Source: Patescibacteria group bacterium (GTDB lineage: Bacteria; Patescibacteriota; Microgenomatia; UBA10105; UBA927). Taken from it: a stretch of DNA of 64,000 nucleotides. The notes under the pieces are model-generated. The model searched no databases. It saw only the letters and a list, made by a program, of their open reading frames with translations, and was not told where the DNA came from. Positions within the stretch are counted from its first letter, which is position 1, and each line of letters opens with the position of its first letter. The stretch lies in NCBI GenBank assembly GCA_038062895.1, contig JBBTWJ010000005.1, positions 67,715 to 131,714 of the forward strand, given 5' to 3'. Positions 36,840 to 44,475 of the stretch are shown here, one piece after another. Both the position numbers and the translations under genes were made by a program.

Positions 36840-37435
36840 GGCGCCACCTTTCGTATCAACTCCTCAAGGATCGGACGCCGAAACAGTTTTGCGTAGGCGC
36901 GGAGCTTTTTTGTATCTATCTCCTGAACTGAAAGCCGGTCGTTGAGCGTTTTTTGACCCAGAGATACGAGGTAGAGGTAATCGACAAGCGCTTTTTCGCG
37001 GTCCGCCATCAGGATGAGGCGGTTTGCGTCGGAGACCGGTGTATAGCCCGTGTATGCATCGCGTTTCACTGTGTGATAGATGTAGGTTTTACCCAACACG
37101 GTAAATCTGCGCGTTGGTTTAGTGGTCGTCGAGGTTATGGCATACACCGCTTCCGGCATCATGTTGTACCACGCTAGCGCGTACTCAAACGAGATATATG
37201 ACGGCTCGTAGAGCCGGTTGGCGAGTGTCTGCTCGTCCGGTAAGCTCGTTTTTACCCCATAGAGGCCGCGTTTAAACCGAACAAGGAGGCCCTGTTGGGT
37301 GTAGGTCTCGAGGAAATATTTTCTTTGATACGCCGTGGCGTGAAAGAGCCGCGTAAACTCATCCGGCGTAAAGACGGTCATCCCTTTCTCCAGGAGCTTT
37401 TCTTGGACGGAAAACGGTTTCAGTAAGGTAGACAT
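36836..37435 (-). CDS. AbiEi-family antitoxin/transcriptional regulator
   Basis: 4-nt overlap upstream of the AbiEii gene. About 200 aa. AbiEi-like organisation. Confidence 0.6.
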   Translation of the reverse strand: MSTLLKPFSVQEKLLEKGMTVFTPDEFTRLFHATAYQRKYFLETYTQQGLLVRFKRGLYGVKTSLPDEQTLANRLYEPSYISFEYALAWYNMMPEAVYAITSTTTKPTRRFTVLGKTYIYHTVKRDAYTGYTPVSDANRLILMADREKALVDYLYLVSLGQKTLNDRLSVQEIDTKKLRAYAKLFRRPILEELIRKVAP

Positions 37436-37482
37436 TTTTATACTTTAATGAAATAATACTGTTCCGTATAAACGCTGTCAAG

Positions 37483-38250
37483 TTACAGCCAATCATCAAA
37501 ATATCTACTCTCGCGTTGGAAAACAGAAATACCAAGGATAGCAATGATCAAAATAACACCAATGTTAGATAGGAGCATGGCCGGGCCGGGGCCTGGCAAA
37601 CCCAAGATGGCCATTTGAAGAAGTTGGAGGATAGACGTGAGAGGGTTAAATCTCCAGAGCCAGAGGAAACGGGGCGGGATCATGGTAAGCGCATACATGA
37701 CAGGGGTTGCATAAAACCAAACAATGAGGAGGGCGGAGATAAAAAAACTGACATCACGAAAGCGCACATTGAGACTTGCGGTCAAGAGGCTTAATCCGAC
37801 AGTAAATGAGAGTAATAACACAAAACTCAACAGAATGAGAGGAGCAGAAAATATGGAGAGTGTCCCGAGGAAAAGAACGGGTATGAGGTAAAGGAGGAAT
37901 GCGAGAAAAAAATGGATGAAGTTGGAGAGGATAATGGAGATAGGGATGACGGCGTGGGGAAACCGCGCTTTTTTTATGAGTCCCCGTTCGTTGACGATGG
38001 ACGGGGTGGTTTTGGCTAGCGATAGCGAGAAAAAATTCCAGACCAACAGTCCGTTAAAGAGGAAAAAATAATAATTTTTTACCGGCTGTTTGAGAAGGAA
38101 TGTAAACACGAATCCGATGACGAGCATCTGGAGAAGTGGGTTGGCTACAAGCCATAAAAATCCGAATAGTGTGTGTTTGTACCGCGCGCGCAGTTCCTTC
38201 TCCGTCATGGCGATAATGAGTTCGATCGCGTGAGCCACTTCTTTTCGCAT
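37483..38250 (-). CDS. ABC-2 type transporter permease (Wzm/TagG-like)
   Basis: ELRARYKHTLFGFLWLVANPLLQMLVIGFVF and six TM helices. Confidence 0.8.
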   Translation of the reverse strand: MRKEVAHAIELIIAMTEKELRARYKHTLFGFLWLVANPLLQMLVIGFVFTFLLKQPVKNYYFFLFNGLLVWNFFSLSLAKTTPSIVNERGLIKKARFPHAVIPISIILSNFIHFFLAFLLYLIPVLFLGTLSIFSAPLILLSFVLLLSFTVGLSLLTASLNVRFRDVSFFISALLIVWFYATPVMYALTMIPPRFLWLWRFNPLTSILQLLQMAILGLPGPGPAMLLSNIGVILIIAILGISVFQRESRYFDDWL

Positions 38251-38279
38251 GGGGAATAGTATACTCTATAGTACGATTT

Positions 38280-39269
38280 ATGCACGCTTCATCTTCTGTC
38301 TCTATCGTCATCCCTACAATCCGGACGCTTGAGTTTCTTGATGTCTGGAAAAATCAGTTGCCGGGCGTTTCGCTCTATATAATAGAAGATCACCCGACGA
38401 AAGAACTGGTCACGCCTATCCTTGATGGGATACGGGTCCATCATTATAGTTGGGAAGACATTCACCGCGAGTTTGGGGACGATGAATGGATATTTTCGCG
38501 CAAAAATGCAGGGATCCGCTCGTATGGATTTTGGAAAGCATATCAGGACGGGGCGGATGTCATCATGACGCTTGACGATGATTGCTACCCCGCGGGTGAC
38601 CAGCTCATTGCGGGACACATCGATAATCTTTCCTACAAAGCTCCCGCCTCATGGATGAGTGTGTACCCGGATCCCAAACATCTCTACACCAGAGGGTTTC
38701 CGTACGGCGTTCGAGACCAGAAACAAACAGTCATAAGTCATGGGCTCTGGTCCGGGGCTCTTGACCTGGACGCTAAGACCGAAGTAGTGAGCGGAAAACT
38801 CAATGAGAAACCGTATCCCCCGCTTCGGACAATAGTGCCGTCTGAAGTGTTTTTCCCAATGTCCTCAATGAACCTTGCGTTTGCCCGCGTCATCACGCCT
38901 GCTATGTTTTTTCCGATGATGGGATATGATCCGAGTGGCCAGCCGTGGGGGTACGACCGGTACGATGATATTTGGGCGGGTGTCTTTGCCAAAAAAATTT
39001 GTGACCATTTAGGGTTAGCGGTGGTAAGCGGGTCTCCGTTTGTGGATCACCGGAAAGCGTCGGACCCGGGAGCGAATCTCCAAAAAGAAAAAACAGGAAT
39101 GGCGGCTAATGAGACGTTGTGGAAAATCGTTGACTCCGTAAAGCTCACCAAGAGCGATCCAGCATTCTGCTACAGCGAGCTTGCAGGGAAAGTGAAGTTT
39201 CCCCGTCTCCCCTACTTTGACAAGTTACGGCGGGCGATGAGGATATGGGCAGAGCTATATGAAGAGTAA
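38280..39269 (+). CDS. GT75 / reversibly-glycosylated-polypeptide (UDP-arabinopyranose mutase)-like protein
   Basis: SIVIPTIRTLEFLDVWKNQL and IMTLDDDCYPAGD closely resemble the RGP/UAM N-terminus (IVIPTIRNLDFLEMW...DDDCF). Confidence 0.55.
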   Translation: MHASSSVSIVIPTIRTLEFLDVWKNQLPGVSLYIIEDHPTKELVTPILDGIRVHHYSWEDIHREFGDDEWIFSRKNAGIRSYGFWKAYQDGADVIMTLDDDCYPAGDQLIAGHIDNLSYKAPASWMSVYPDPKHLYTRGFPYGVRDQKQTVISHGLWSGALDLDAKTEVVSGKLNEKPYPPLRTIVPSEVFFPMSSMNLAFARVITPAMFFPMMGYDPSGQPWGYDRYDDIWAGVFAKKICDHLGLAVVSGSPFVDHRKASDPGANLQKEKTGMAANETLWKIVDSVKLTKSDPAFCYSELAGKVKFPRLPYFDKLRRAMRIWAELYEE

Positions 39270-39330
39270 GGAGAAGATAAATTAGTAAGGCGTTGACAAA
39301 ATCGCCTTACTATAGTAGGATAGAGATCCT

Positions 39331-39597
39331 ATGTATCAAACGGCTACGATTACCAGCAAGCGGCAGCTTACTATTCCAGCGGAAATGTATCGGAGGATGA
39401 ATTTTGAGAAACGGCAGAAAGTCGTTCTTTCTTTGGAAGCTGATGTGATCCATATAGAACCGGCGTTTGATTTGGTCGAGCGGCTTGCCGGATCCCTTTC
39501 TGTGCCACCAGCCTATCGGGGAAAAGATGTAGATACCATGATTGCAGATGCGAAGCGAGTATATATCCAGAAACGGATGAAGCGTCGATTGGTATGA
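39331..39597 (+). CDS. AbrB/MazE/VapB-type antitoxin
   Basis: SKRQLTIPAEMYRRM looped-hinge-helix motif. 4-nt overlap with the PIN gene. Confidence 0.7.
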   Translation: MYQTATITSKRQLTIPAEMYRRMNFEKRQKVVLSLEADVIHIEPAFDLVERLAGSLSVPPAYRGKDVDTMIADAKRVYIQKRMKRRLV

Positions 39598-39998
39598 TAT
39601 TTGTTGATACAAATTATTTTCTCCGTTTTTTCCTCGGGGAGCCCTACGATCAGGCTACCCACGTCAAGACACTCTTCCAAAAGGCCGCGCGCGGGGACGT
39701 GGAGCTTGGTACGTCAGTAGTGGTATTTTTTGAAGTGTACTGGGTCGCCTCATCGTTTTATCAGGTGGATGAAGAAAAGATTGCAGAGTTTCTCCAAAAT
39801 ATGTTGAAGATGGAGTTTATCCGCCTGGAAAATCGACCGATTTTGATTGAGGCGGTGTCACTGTATCGGGGTATGAATTTTGATCTGGAAGATGCCTATA
39901 ATTTGGCTTTTGCCCGCACCTCTCGCGCTAAAGAGTTTGCAACGTTTGACGTAAAACTCAAAAAGAAATCTTTGGAAATTCTCAAAGGAACGGTGTAA
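39594..39998 (+). CDS. vapC: PIN-domain VapC toxin
   Basis: MIFVDTNYFLRFF start and acidic residues typical of PIN. Confidence 0.8.
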   Translation: MIFVDTNYFLRFFLGEPYDQATHVKTLFQKAARGDVELGTSVVVFFEVYWVASSFYQVDEEKIAEFLQNMLKMEFIRLENRPILIEAVSLYRGMNFDLEDAYNLAFARTSRAKEFATFDVKLKKKSLEILKGTV

Positions 39999-40027
39999 AA
40001 AATTTTACGTCATGGACCTATGAAGCG

Positions 40028-40110
40028 TTAGGGTTGTGGGGTCCAGAGGCCGCGGGTGGCACCTTTTGCCCGCTCTTCGGCAGCTAGGAGTATAGAGAGA
40101 TATTTGGGTT
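40028..40110. repeat. About 80-nt near-identical repeat (3' end of the SNase gene plus 8 nt downstream); partner at 41976-42060
   Basis: tgtggggtccagaggccgcgggtggcaccttttgcccgctcttcggcagc... shared by both copies, read directly. Confidence 0.8.
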
Positions 40111-40573
40111 TGATTTCACCCTTGATGAGCAACACTTTCGCCAAGCCGTCATCGACCAGTCGCTCATTGATCATGGTGTCCCCTATCCAGACGAACGCGA
40201 GTATCCGTCCGTATATATCGCGTGTTGGTCGATCAATCTCAATTCGTACCGTTTTTCCCTCGACGAGATCGCGGTTGGTTTTGTACGCGACCGTGCCCCA
40301 CTTTTCGTCATTTTCGGGTGCATCTATTGCGTGGTAACGAACGCGTTCGCCGGAAGAAATTTCAATTGTGTCGCCATCCAGCACCCTTACCACCTTATAA
40401 TATCCAGGTTGCGGCGTGGGTACGATTGCCTCTCGAGGAGTAGGCGTGAGTGAGGGGTATGATAAGGGAGATAGGGTTGATTCGGGAGATGAGGGGGTTG
40501 ATTTGCCTACGATCAGACCAAAGAGGAAGGTGGCAATGAGGAGAAAAAGTCCGATGGCAGAAAGTCGTTTCAT
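40028..40573 (-). CDS. Secreted/membrane-anchored thermonuclease (SNase-like), copy A
   Basis: Signal/TM MKRLSAIGLFLLIATFLFGLIVG. VVRVLDGDTIEISSGERVRYHAIDAPE SNase motif. Confidence 0.8.
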   Translation of the reverse strand: MKRLSAIGLFLLIATFLFGLIVGKSTPSSPESTLSPLSYPSLTPTPREAIVPTPQPGYYKVVRVLDGDTIEISSGERVRYHAIDAPENDEKWGTVAYKTNRDLVEGKTVRIEIDRPTRDIYGRILAFVWIGDTMINERLVDDGLAKVLLIKGEIKPKYLSILLAAEERAKGATRGLWTPQP

Positions 40574-41394
40574 GCGGGTAAATCTTTTTGGAGCAGATCG
40601 TGTGTCAAACGGGGAAGCTCCGCAATAATTCTCCGTTGGGACCTAGGAAGGAACTTGGCGATATCCTGATACAATTCCTTTTCACGCCACGAAGCGACAG
40701 CGTCAAAAAGTATTTTTGGTTCAAATGCTTCATGATAAAACAGTAACTTTTTTTCGATAAGAGTTTTGGTCACGGGCGTACCCGTATGGAGTAAATACCA
40801 GAGATCGTATATATCCCTCCCCTTCCTGCGGTTGATGACGGCTCGGATTTTTTCCGCGAGAATTTCTTCTTTCGATACGGTATCGACCAGTGGGGTACCG
40901 GCAATAGGGAGCGATGTTTTTATGGCGGCAAGTTGCGGCGTAAGGACGTCTTCGCGCAGCGAGAAATCCAGCTTAATAGTGAGAGGCTGATGCGAGGCAA
41001 AACTCTGCAGGGAAATTTTGGCGCTTTGTCCAGCGATGGTTTTGACAGGCTTCATGGAAATATCCGGCATCTCAGCCTTGAGTAGTTGAATAGCTTTAGT
41101 TGCCTGTTCAATCGGATTGGTTTTTCCGTGTGTGACTGTAAAATCCAGGTCTTCTGAGAACCGATCGGATCCGTATGCGAGACGGATGGCTGTCCCCCCT
41201 TTGAAGAAAAAGGATTTTGGTTTAACGATCCGAAAAAATACATCCAGGAATCTGATTTGTACATATTCCCGTACGATGGTGTACGGGTCTATTTCCTGTT
41301 TATTGGCAAGAGCGATGGCCGTGGGTTCATCTATCATAGGATATGTTTTGACTTGAGGAATCGTTGAAATTGTCCGATGGGTGTTTGCCGGCAA
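40570..41394 (-). CDS. AbiEii-family nucleotidyltransferase toxin, second copy
   Basis: FFKGGTAIRLAYGSDRFSEDLDFTV. Confidence 0.8.
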   Translation of the reverse strand: MPANTHRTISTIPQVKTYPMIDEPTAIALANKQEIDPYTIVREYVQIRFLDVFFRIVKPKSFFFKGGTAIRLAYGSDRFSEDLDFTVTHGKTNPIEQATKAIQLLKAEMPDISMKPVKTIAGQSAKISLQSFASHQPLTIKLDFSLREDVLTPQLAAIKTSLPIAGTPLVDTVSKEEILAEKIRAVINRRKGRDIYDLWYLLHTGTPVTKTLIEKKLLFYHEAFEPKILFDAVASWREKELYQDIAKFLPRSQRRIIAELPRLTHDLLQKDLPA

Positions 41395-41924
41395 TACTGC
41401 CTGAATATTGTTGTGCGAGCCGCGGATAGGTCCATCTCATCAAGCGGATAGGATCGCAACCCCTTGGACATAAAATAGAGCGCGTCAAAAAGTGCTTTCT
41501 CCGGGGTGGCGATGAGATAATCCTCTACTTTCACAAAACCGAAATAGAGGTGAGGTGCGATGTGGGTATATTCAAACGACTTGTTTGTTTCGATCGTACG
41601 GCTTCGTGCGGTGGTCACCGAGGTGACCACGAAGGGAAACTGCGCAATGATGCTGTAGCGGGACAAGGCTGATTCGAGACTCACGTAGGACTGCCGGTAC
41701 AGAGCGTTAGCAAGCACAAAATCGTGGATCTTTGCGTCGAGCAACTGATAGGTCCCAGATCTGAGCCGTCGAAGAATATTCCCCTGCTCAAGACGTCTCA
41801 TGAGCTTATATGCCGTATTTTCATTGGGGACGTCAAGAAGTTGCTGGATGTCATGTTTTGAGAACAGCGATAATCCAGAGGATTGAAGGATACGGAACAC
41901 ATCGAATTTTTTTAACGATGCCAT
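41334..41924 (-). CDS. AbiEi-family antitoxin, second copy
   Basis: Position and size. Overlaps the AbiEii start. Confidence 0.6.
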   Translation of the reverse strand: MASLKKFDVFRILQSSGLSLFSKHDIQQLLDVPNENTAYKLMRRLEQGNILRRLRSGTYQLLDAKIHDFVLANALYRQSYVSLESALSRYSIIAQFPFVVTSVTTARSRTIETNKSFEYTHIAPHLYFGFVKVEDYLIATPEKALFDALYFMSKGLRSYPLDEMDLSAARTTIFRQYCRQTPIGQFQRFLKSKHIL

Positions 41925-41975
41925 AGTTGGTACTAATTTATACCAATATATACATCGTTGTCAAGGGGCAATATA

Positions 41976-42542
41976 TTATGGCTGTGGGGTCCAGAGGCCG
42001 CGGGTGGCACCTTTTGCCCGCTCTTCGGCAGCTTGGAGTATAGAGAGATATTTGGGCTTGGCCTCTTTTGCGACGAGAAACACTTTTGCAAGACCATCAT
42101 CCACTAGTCGTTCACTCACAAACACATCGTTAATCCATACGTGGGCAAGCGTTCGGCCATAGAAATCCCGGTCGGGATGATCCTCCTCAATGCGGACAAA
42201 TTTTCCCTCGACCAGATCGCGGTTGGTCTCGTAGGCTAGCGTCCCCCACTTTTCGTAGAGTTCCGGCGCATCAATGCCCATATACCGAATCCGTTTGCCG
42301 CCCTTGATTTCAATCGTGTCACCATCCAGGACGCGCGTGACGAGAGAGAGCCCCGTCGGCGTGGGGGTGGCAATGCTTTGCGCAGCGATCGTTGATGGTG
42401 TGGTGGATATAGGTGATTGGGTTAATTGATCCGATGGGAAGGTTGGCGAGGTTCGGCCGGCGGAGAAGCCCAGGAGAAATGCGGTCAGGAGAAGGAAGAT
42501 GCCAACAGCATGGATGCGCCTCATATTTATGTATGGTAACAC
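41976..42542 (-). CDS. Secreted/membrane-anchored thermonuclease (SNase-like), copy B
   Basis: TRVLDGDTIEIKGGKRIRYMGIDAPE. C-terminus near-identical to copy A. Confidence 0.8.
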   Translation of the reverse strand: MLPYINMRRIHAVGIFLLLTAFLLGFSAGRTSPTFPSDQLTQSPISTTPSTIAAQSIATPTPTGLSLVTRVLDGDTIEIKGGKRIRYMGIDAPELYEKWGTLAYETNRDLVEGKFVRIEEDHPDRDFYGRTLAHVWINDVFVSERLVDDGLAKVFLVAKEAKPKYLSILQAAEERAKGATRGLWTPQP

Positions 42543-42639
42543 GAGGAGTAGTTATGAGATATTTGGAGAGACTACGGGAAGGTAAGGGAACAAACGGGAG
42601 GTTGTGAGAGGTGTGGTATGATCGAAACGAAAAACGCAT

Positions 42640-43236
42640 ATGAAGCGAATGATGTATCGGATCTTCATTTCCCTCTTATTCCTTAGCGCATTACCCGCCA
42701 TGGGGGTGATTGCTATTTTTATTATGCTCATCGATGGCACCCCAGTCCTTTACCGACAGAAGCGGGTGGGATATAACGGCAAGCCATTTACGATGGTGAA
42801 GTTCCGGACGATGGTGCGGGGGGCGGATACGTTACAGAAAAAATACGCAAGGCGTAATGAGGCAGAATGGCCGGTGTTTAAAATCCGCAATGATCCGCGG
42901 TTTACCCGTATGGGGAGATTTTTGAGCCACACGGGATTGGATGAGCTTCCTCAATTAATAAATGTCCTTCATGGCGACATGGCACTCTTTGGTCCACGAC
43001 CGTTGCCCGTGGCAGAAGCAAAAAAACTCAAACCCTGGATGCAAAAACGTCACGCGATCAAACCCGGCATCATCAGCCCTTGGATATTTGAAGGCTATCA
43101 CGCCAAACCGTTTGATGAATGGATGGAAAGCGACATCGTCTATACACAGCAAAAATCAATATGGTTTGACCTCACGCTTTTAGGTAAGGCGGTAGTGTTT
43201 GTGGGAAAGCTATTGAGAAGAGAAGCGATGGATTGA
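42640..43236 (+). CDS. Bacterial sugar transferase (small monotopic phosphoglycosyl transferase, WbaP/CpsE C-domain type)
   Basis: PVLYRQKRVGYNGKPFTMVKFRTM...DELPQLINVLHGDMALFGPRPL. Confidence 0.8.
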   Translation: MKRMMYRIFISLLFLSALPAMGVIAIFIMLIDGTPVLYRQKRVGYNGKPFTMVKFRTMVRGADTLQKKYARRNEAEWPVFKIRNDPRFTRMGRFLSHTGLDELPQLINVLHGDMALFGPRPLPVAEAKKLKPWMQKRHAIKPGIISPWIFEGYHAKPFDEWMESDIVYTQQKSIWFDLTLLGKAVVFVGKLLRREAMD

Positions 43237-43325
43237 CGGGGATGTAAAAAATGTGTATTGTAGAATACAAATGAAGACGAGGAGGCTGATTGATTTTGGT
43301 ACCTTTTATAAAACGGCAGTATGAA

Positions 43326-43351
43326 CCCCGCCCCGGCGGGGTATTTTTTTT
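43326..43351 (+). terminator. Intrinsic terminator CCCCGCCCCGGCGGGG + T9 (copy 1 of 3 identical elements)
   Basis: GC hairpin followed by T-run, read directly. Confidence 0.6.
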
Positions 43352-43393
43352 GGAAAAATTATACGAAATGAAAAATTGTAGTATACTTTACCC

Positions 43394-43681
43394 ATGGATA
43401 TACAGACGATTCGACTAAAAATAACCCCTTTATTGAAGCATTACCACGTGCGTAAGGCATCACTGTTCGGTTCTGCGGCGCGGGGCGAAGTACAGCCGGA
43501 TAGCGATCTGGATATCCTCGTTGAGATGCCCTCGACAAGCGGGCTCTTTGATTTCCTCGCGCTCCAGAGTGATTTAGAAGAACTTTTTGCTCGTTCGGTG
43601 GACCTGGTAGAGTTTGATGCGATACGAGAGCGACTGAAGCCGTATATTCTACACGATCAAACACCTATTTTTGCCGTATGA
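43394..43681 (+). CDS. Minimal nucleotidyltransferase (MNT) antitoxin of a HepT/MNT pair
   Basis: LFGSAARGEVQPDSDLDILVEM. Confidence 0.75.
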   Translation: MDIQTIRLKITPLLKHYHVRKASLFGSAARGEVQPDSDLDILVEMPSTSGLFDFLALQSDLEELFARSVDLVEFDAIRERLKPYILHDQTPIFAV

Positions 43682-43803
43682 AGAAAGACAACACGATCTA
43701 TCTTGATGACATGCTCGAGGCAATTAAAAAGATTCGTGATCTTCCGGAACTCAAAAAAGAGCTCACGGCGCTGCGCACTTTGGTAGAAAACCAGCGACGG
43801 TAA
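43678..43803 (+). pseudogene. Truncated HepT (DUF86)-like toxin remnant, 41 aa (MKKDNTIYLDDMLEAIKKIRDL...)
   Basis: ATGA overlap with the MNT gene. N-terminus resembles HepT (IYLDDMLEAI) but the ORF stops after 41 codons. Confidence 0.4.
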
Positions 43804-43858
43804 TATAGTATGAAAATAAATCCAAGCATTTATAATTTTTTGCACGACGGAAAACAAA

Positions 43859-43885
43859 CCTCCGCCCCGGCGGGGTATTTTTTTG
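43859..43885 (+). terminator. Intrinsic terminator, copy 2 (CCGCCCCGGCGGGG + T-run)
   Basis: Read directly. Confidence 0.6.
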
Positions 43886-44128
43886 GGTATGAAAAAAATT
43901 TTCTACACTAAACACGCGGAGGAAATGCTTGCCGCGCGCGGCATTGACAGGAACGTGGTTGAATCGTGTCTTTTGCAACCGTCCAGGATTATACCGGCAA
44001 GAGATAATAATTTTGCCTACTTGAAAGATTTTCATACCAACATTCTCAAGGTGATCGTGGCAGAAGAAAAAGAAACGCTGGTAGTCATAACGGTCTATTG
44101 GATTGCAAAAGATCGGATGACCCAGTAA
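43883..44128 (+). CDS. DUF4258-like putative toxin
   Basis: KIFYTKHAEEMLAARGI N-terminus. Paired with the DUF2283-like ORF. Confidence 0.5.
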   Translation: MGMKKIFYTKHAEEMLAARGIDRNVVESCLLQPSRIIPARDNNFAYLKDFHTNILKVIVAEEKETLVVITVYWIAKDRMTQ

Positions 44129-44139
44129 ACTATGCTCAT

Positions 44140-44352
44140 ATGAACGTCACTTTTGACCCGAAAGCGGATGCCATGTATATCTATTTTTCTGACAAAAAGA
44201 GTACGAAAACGCTCGAGTTTCAAGATGATCTTCTCGTGGACTACGCTGGAGAGGAAATGGTCGGCATAGAAGTGCTCGATGTGTCACAAAAGGTTGCCAA
44301 GAAAGACATCACGTCGCTCACGTTGAGTATTCCAGCGGTATACGCATCATAA
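44140..44352 (+). CDS. DUF2283-like putative antitoxin (start at internal Met MNVTFDPKADAMYIYF)
   Basis: VTFDPKADAMYIYF matches the DUF2283 N-terminus. The ORF-track start at 44098 overlaps the upstream gene. Confidence 0.55.
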   Translation: MNVTFDPKADAMYIYFSDKKSTKTLEFQDDLLVDYAGEEMVGIEVLDVSQKVAKKDITSLTLSIPAVYAS

Positions 44353-44405
44353 ATTATGATCACTCATCCGGACATGTTTATTACATCTTGCAAAAAGGAA
44401 TAAAT

Positions 44406-44428
44406 CCCCGCCCCGGCGGGGTATTTTT
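44406..44428 (+). terminator. Intrinsic terminator, copy 3 (CCCCGCCCCGGCGGGG + T6)
   Basis: Read directly. Confidence 0.6.
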
Positions 44429-44475
44429 TGGAATAGTATTGACGGATGACGCATTTAGTGATACTATAGGTTTTT

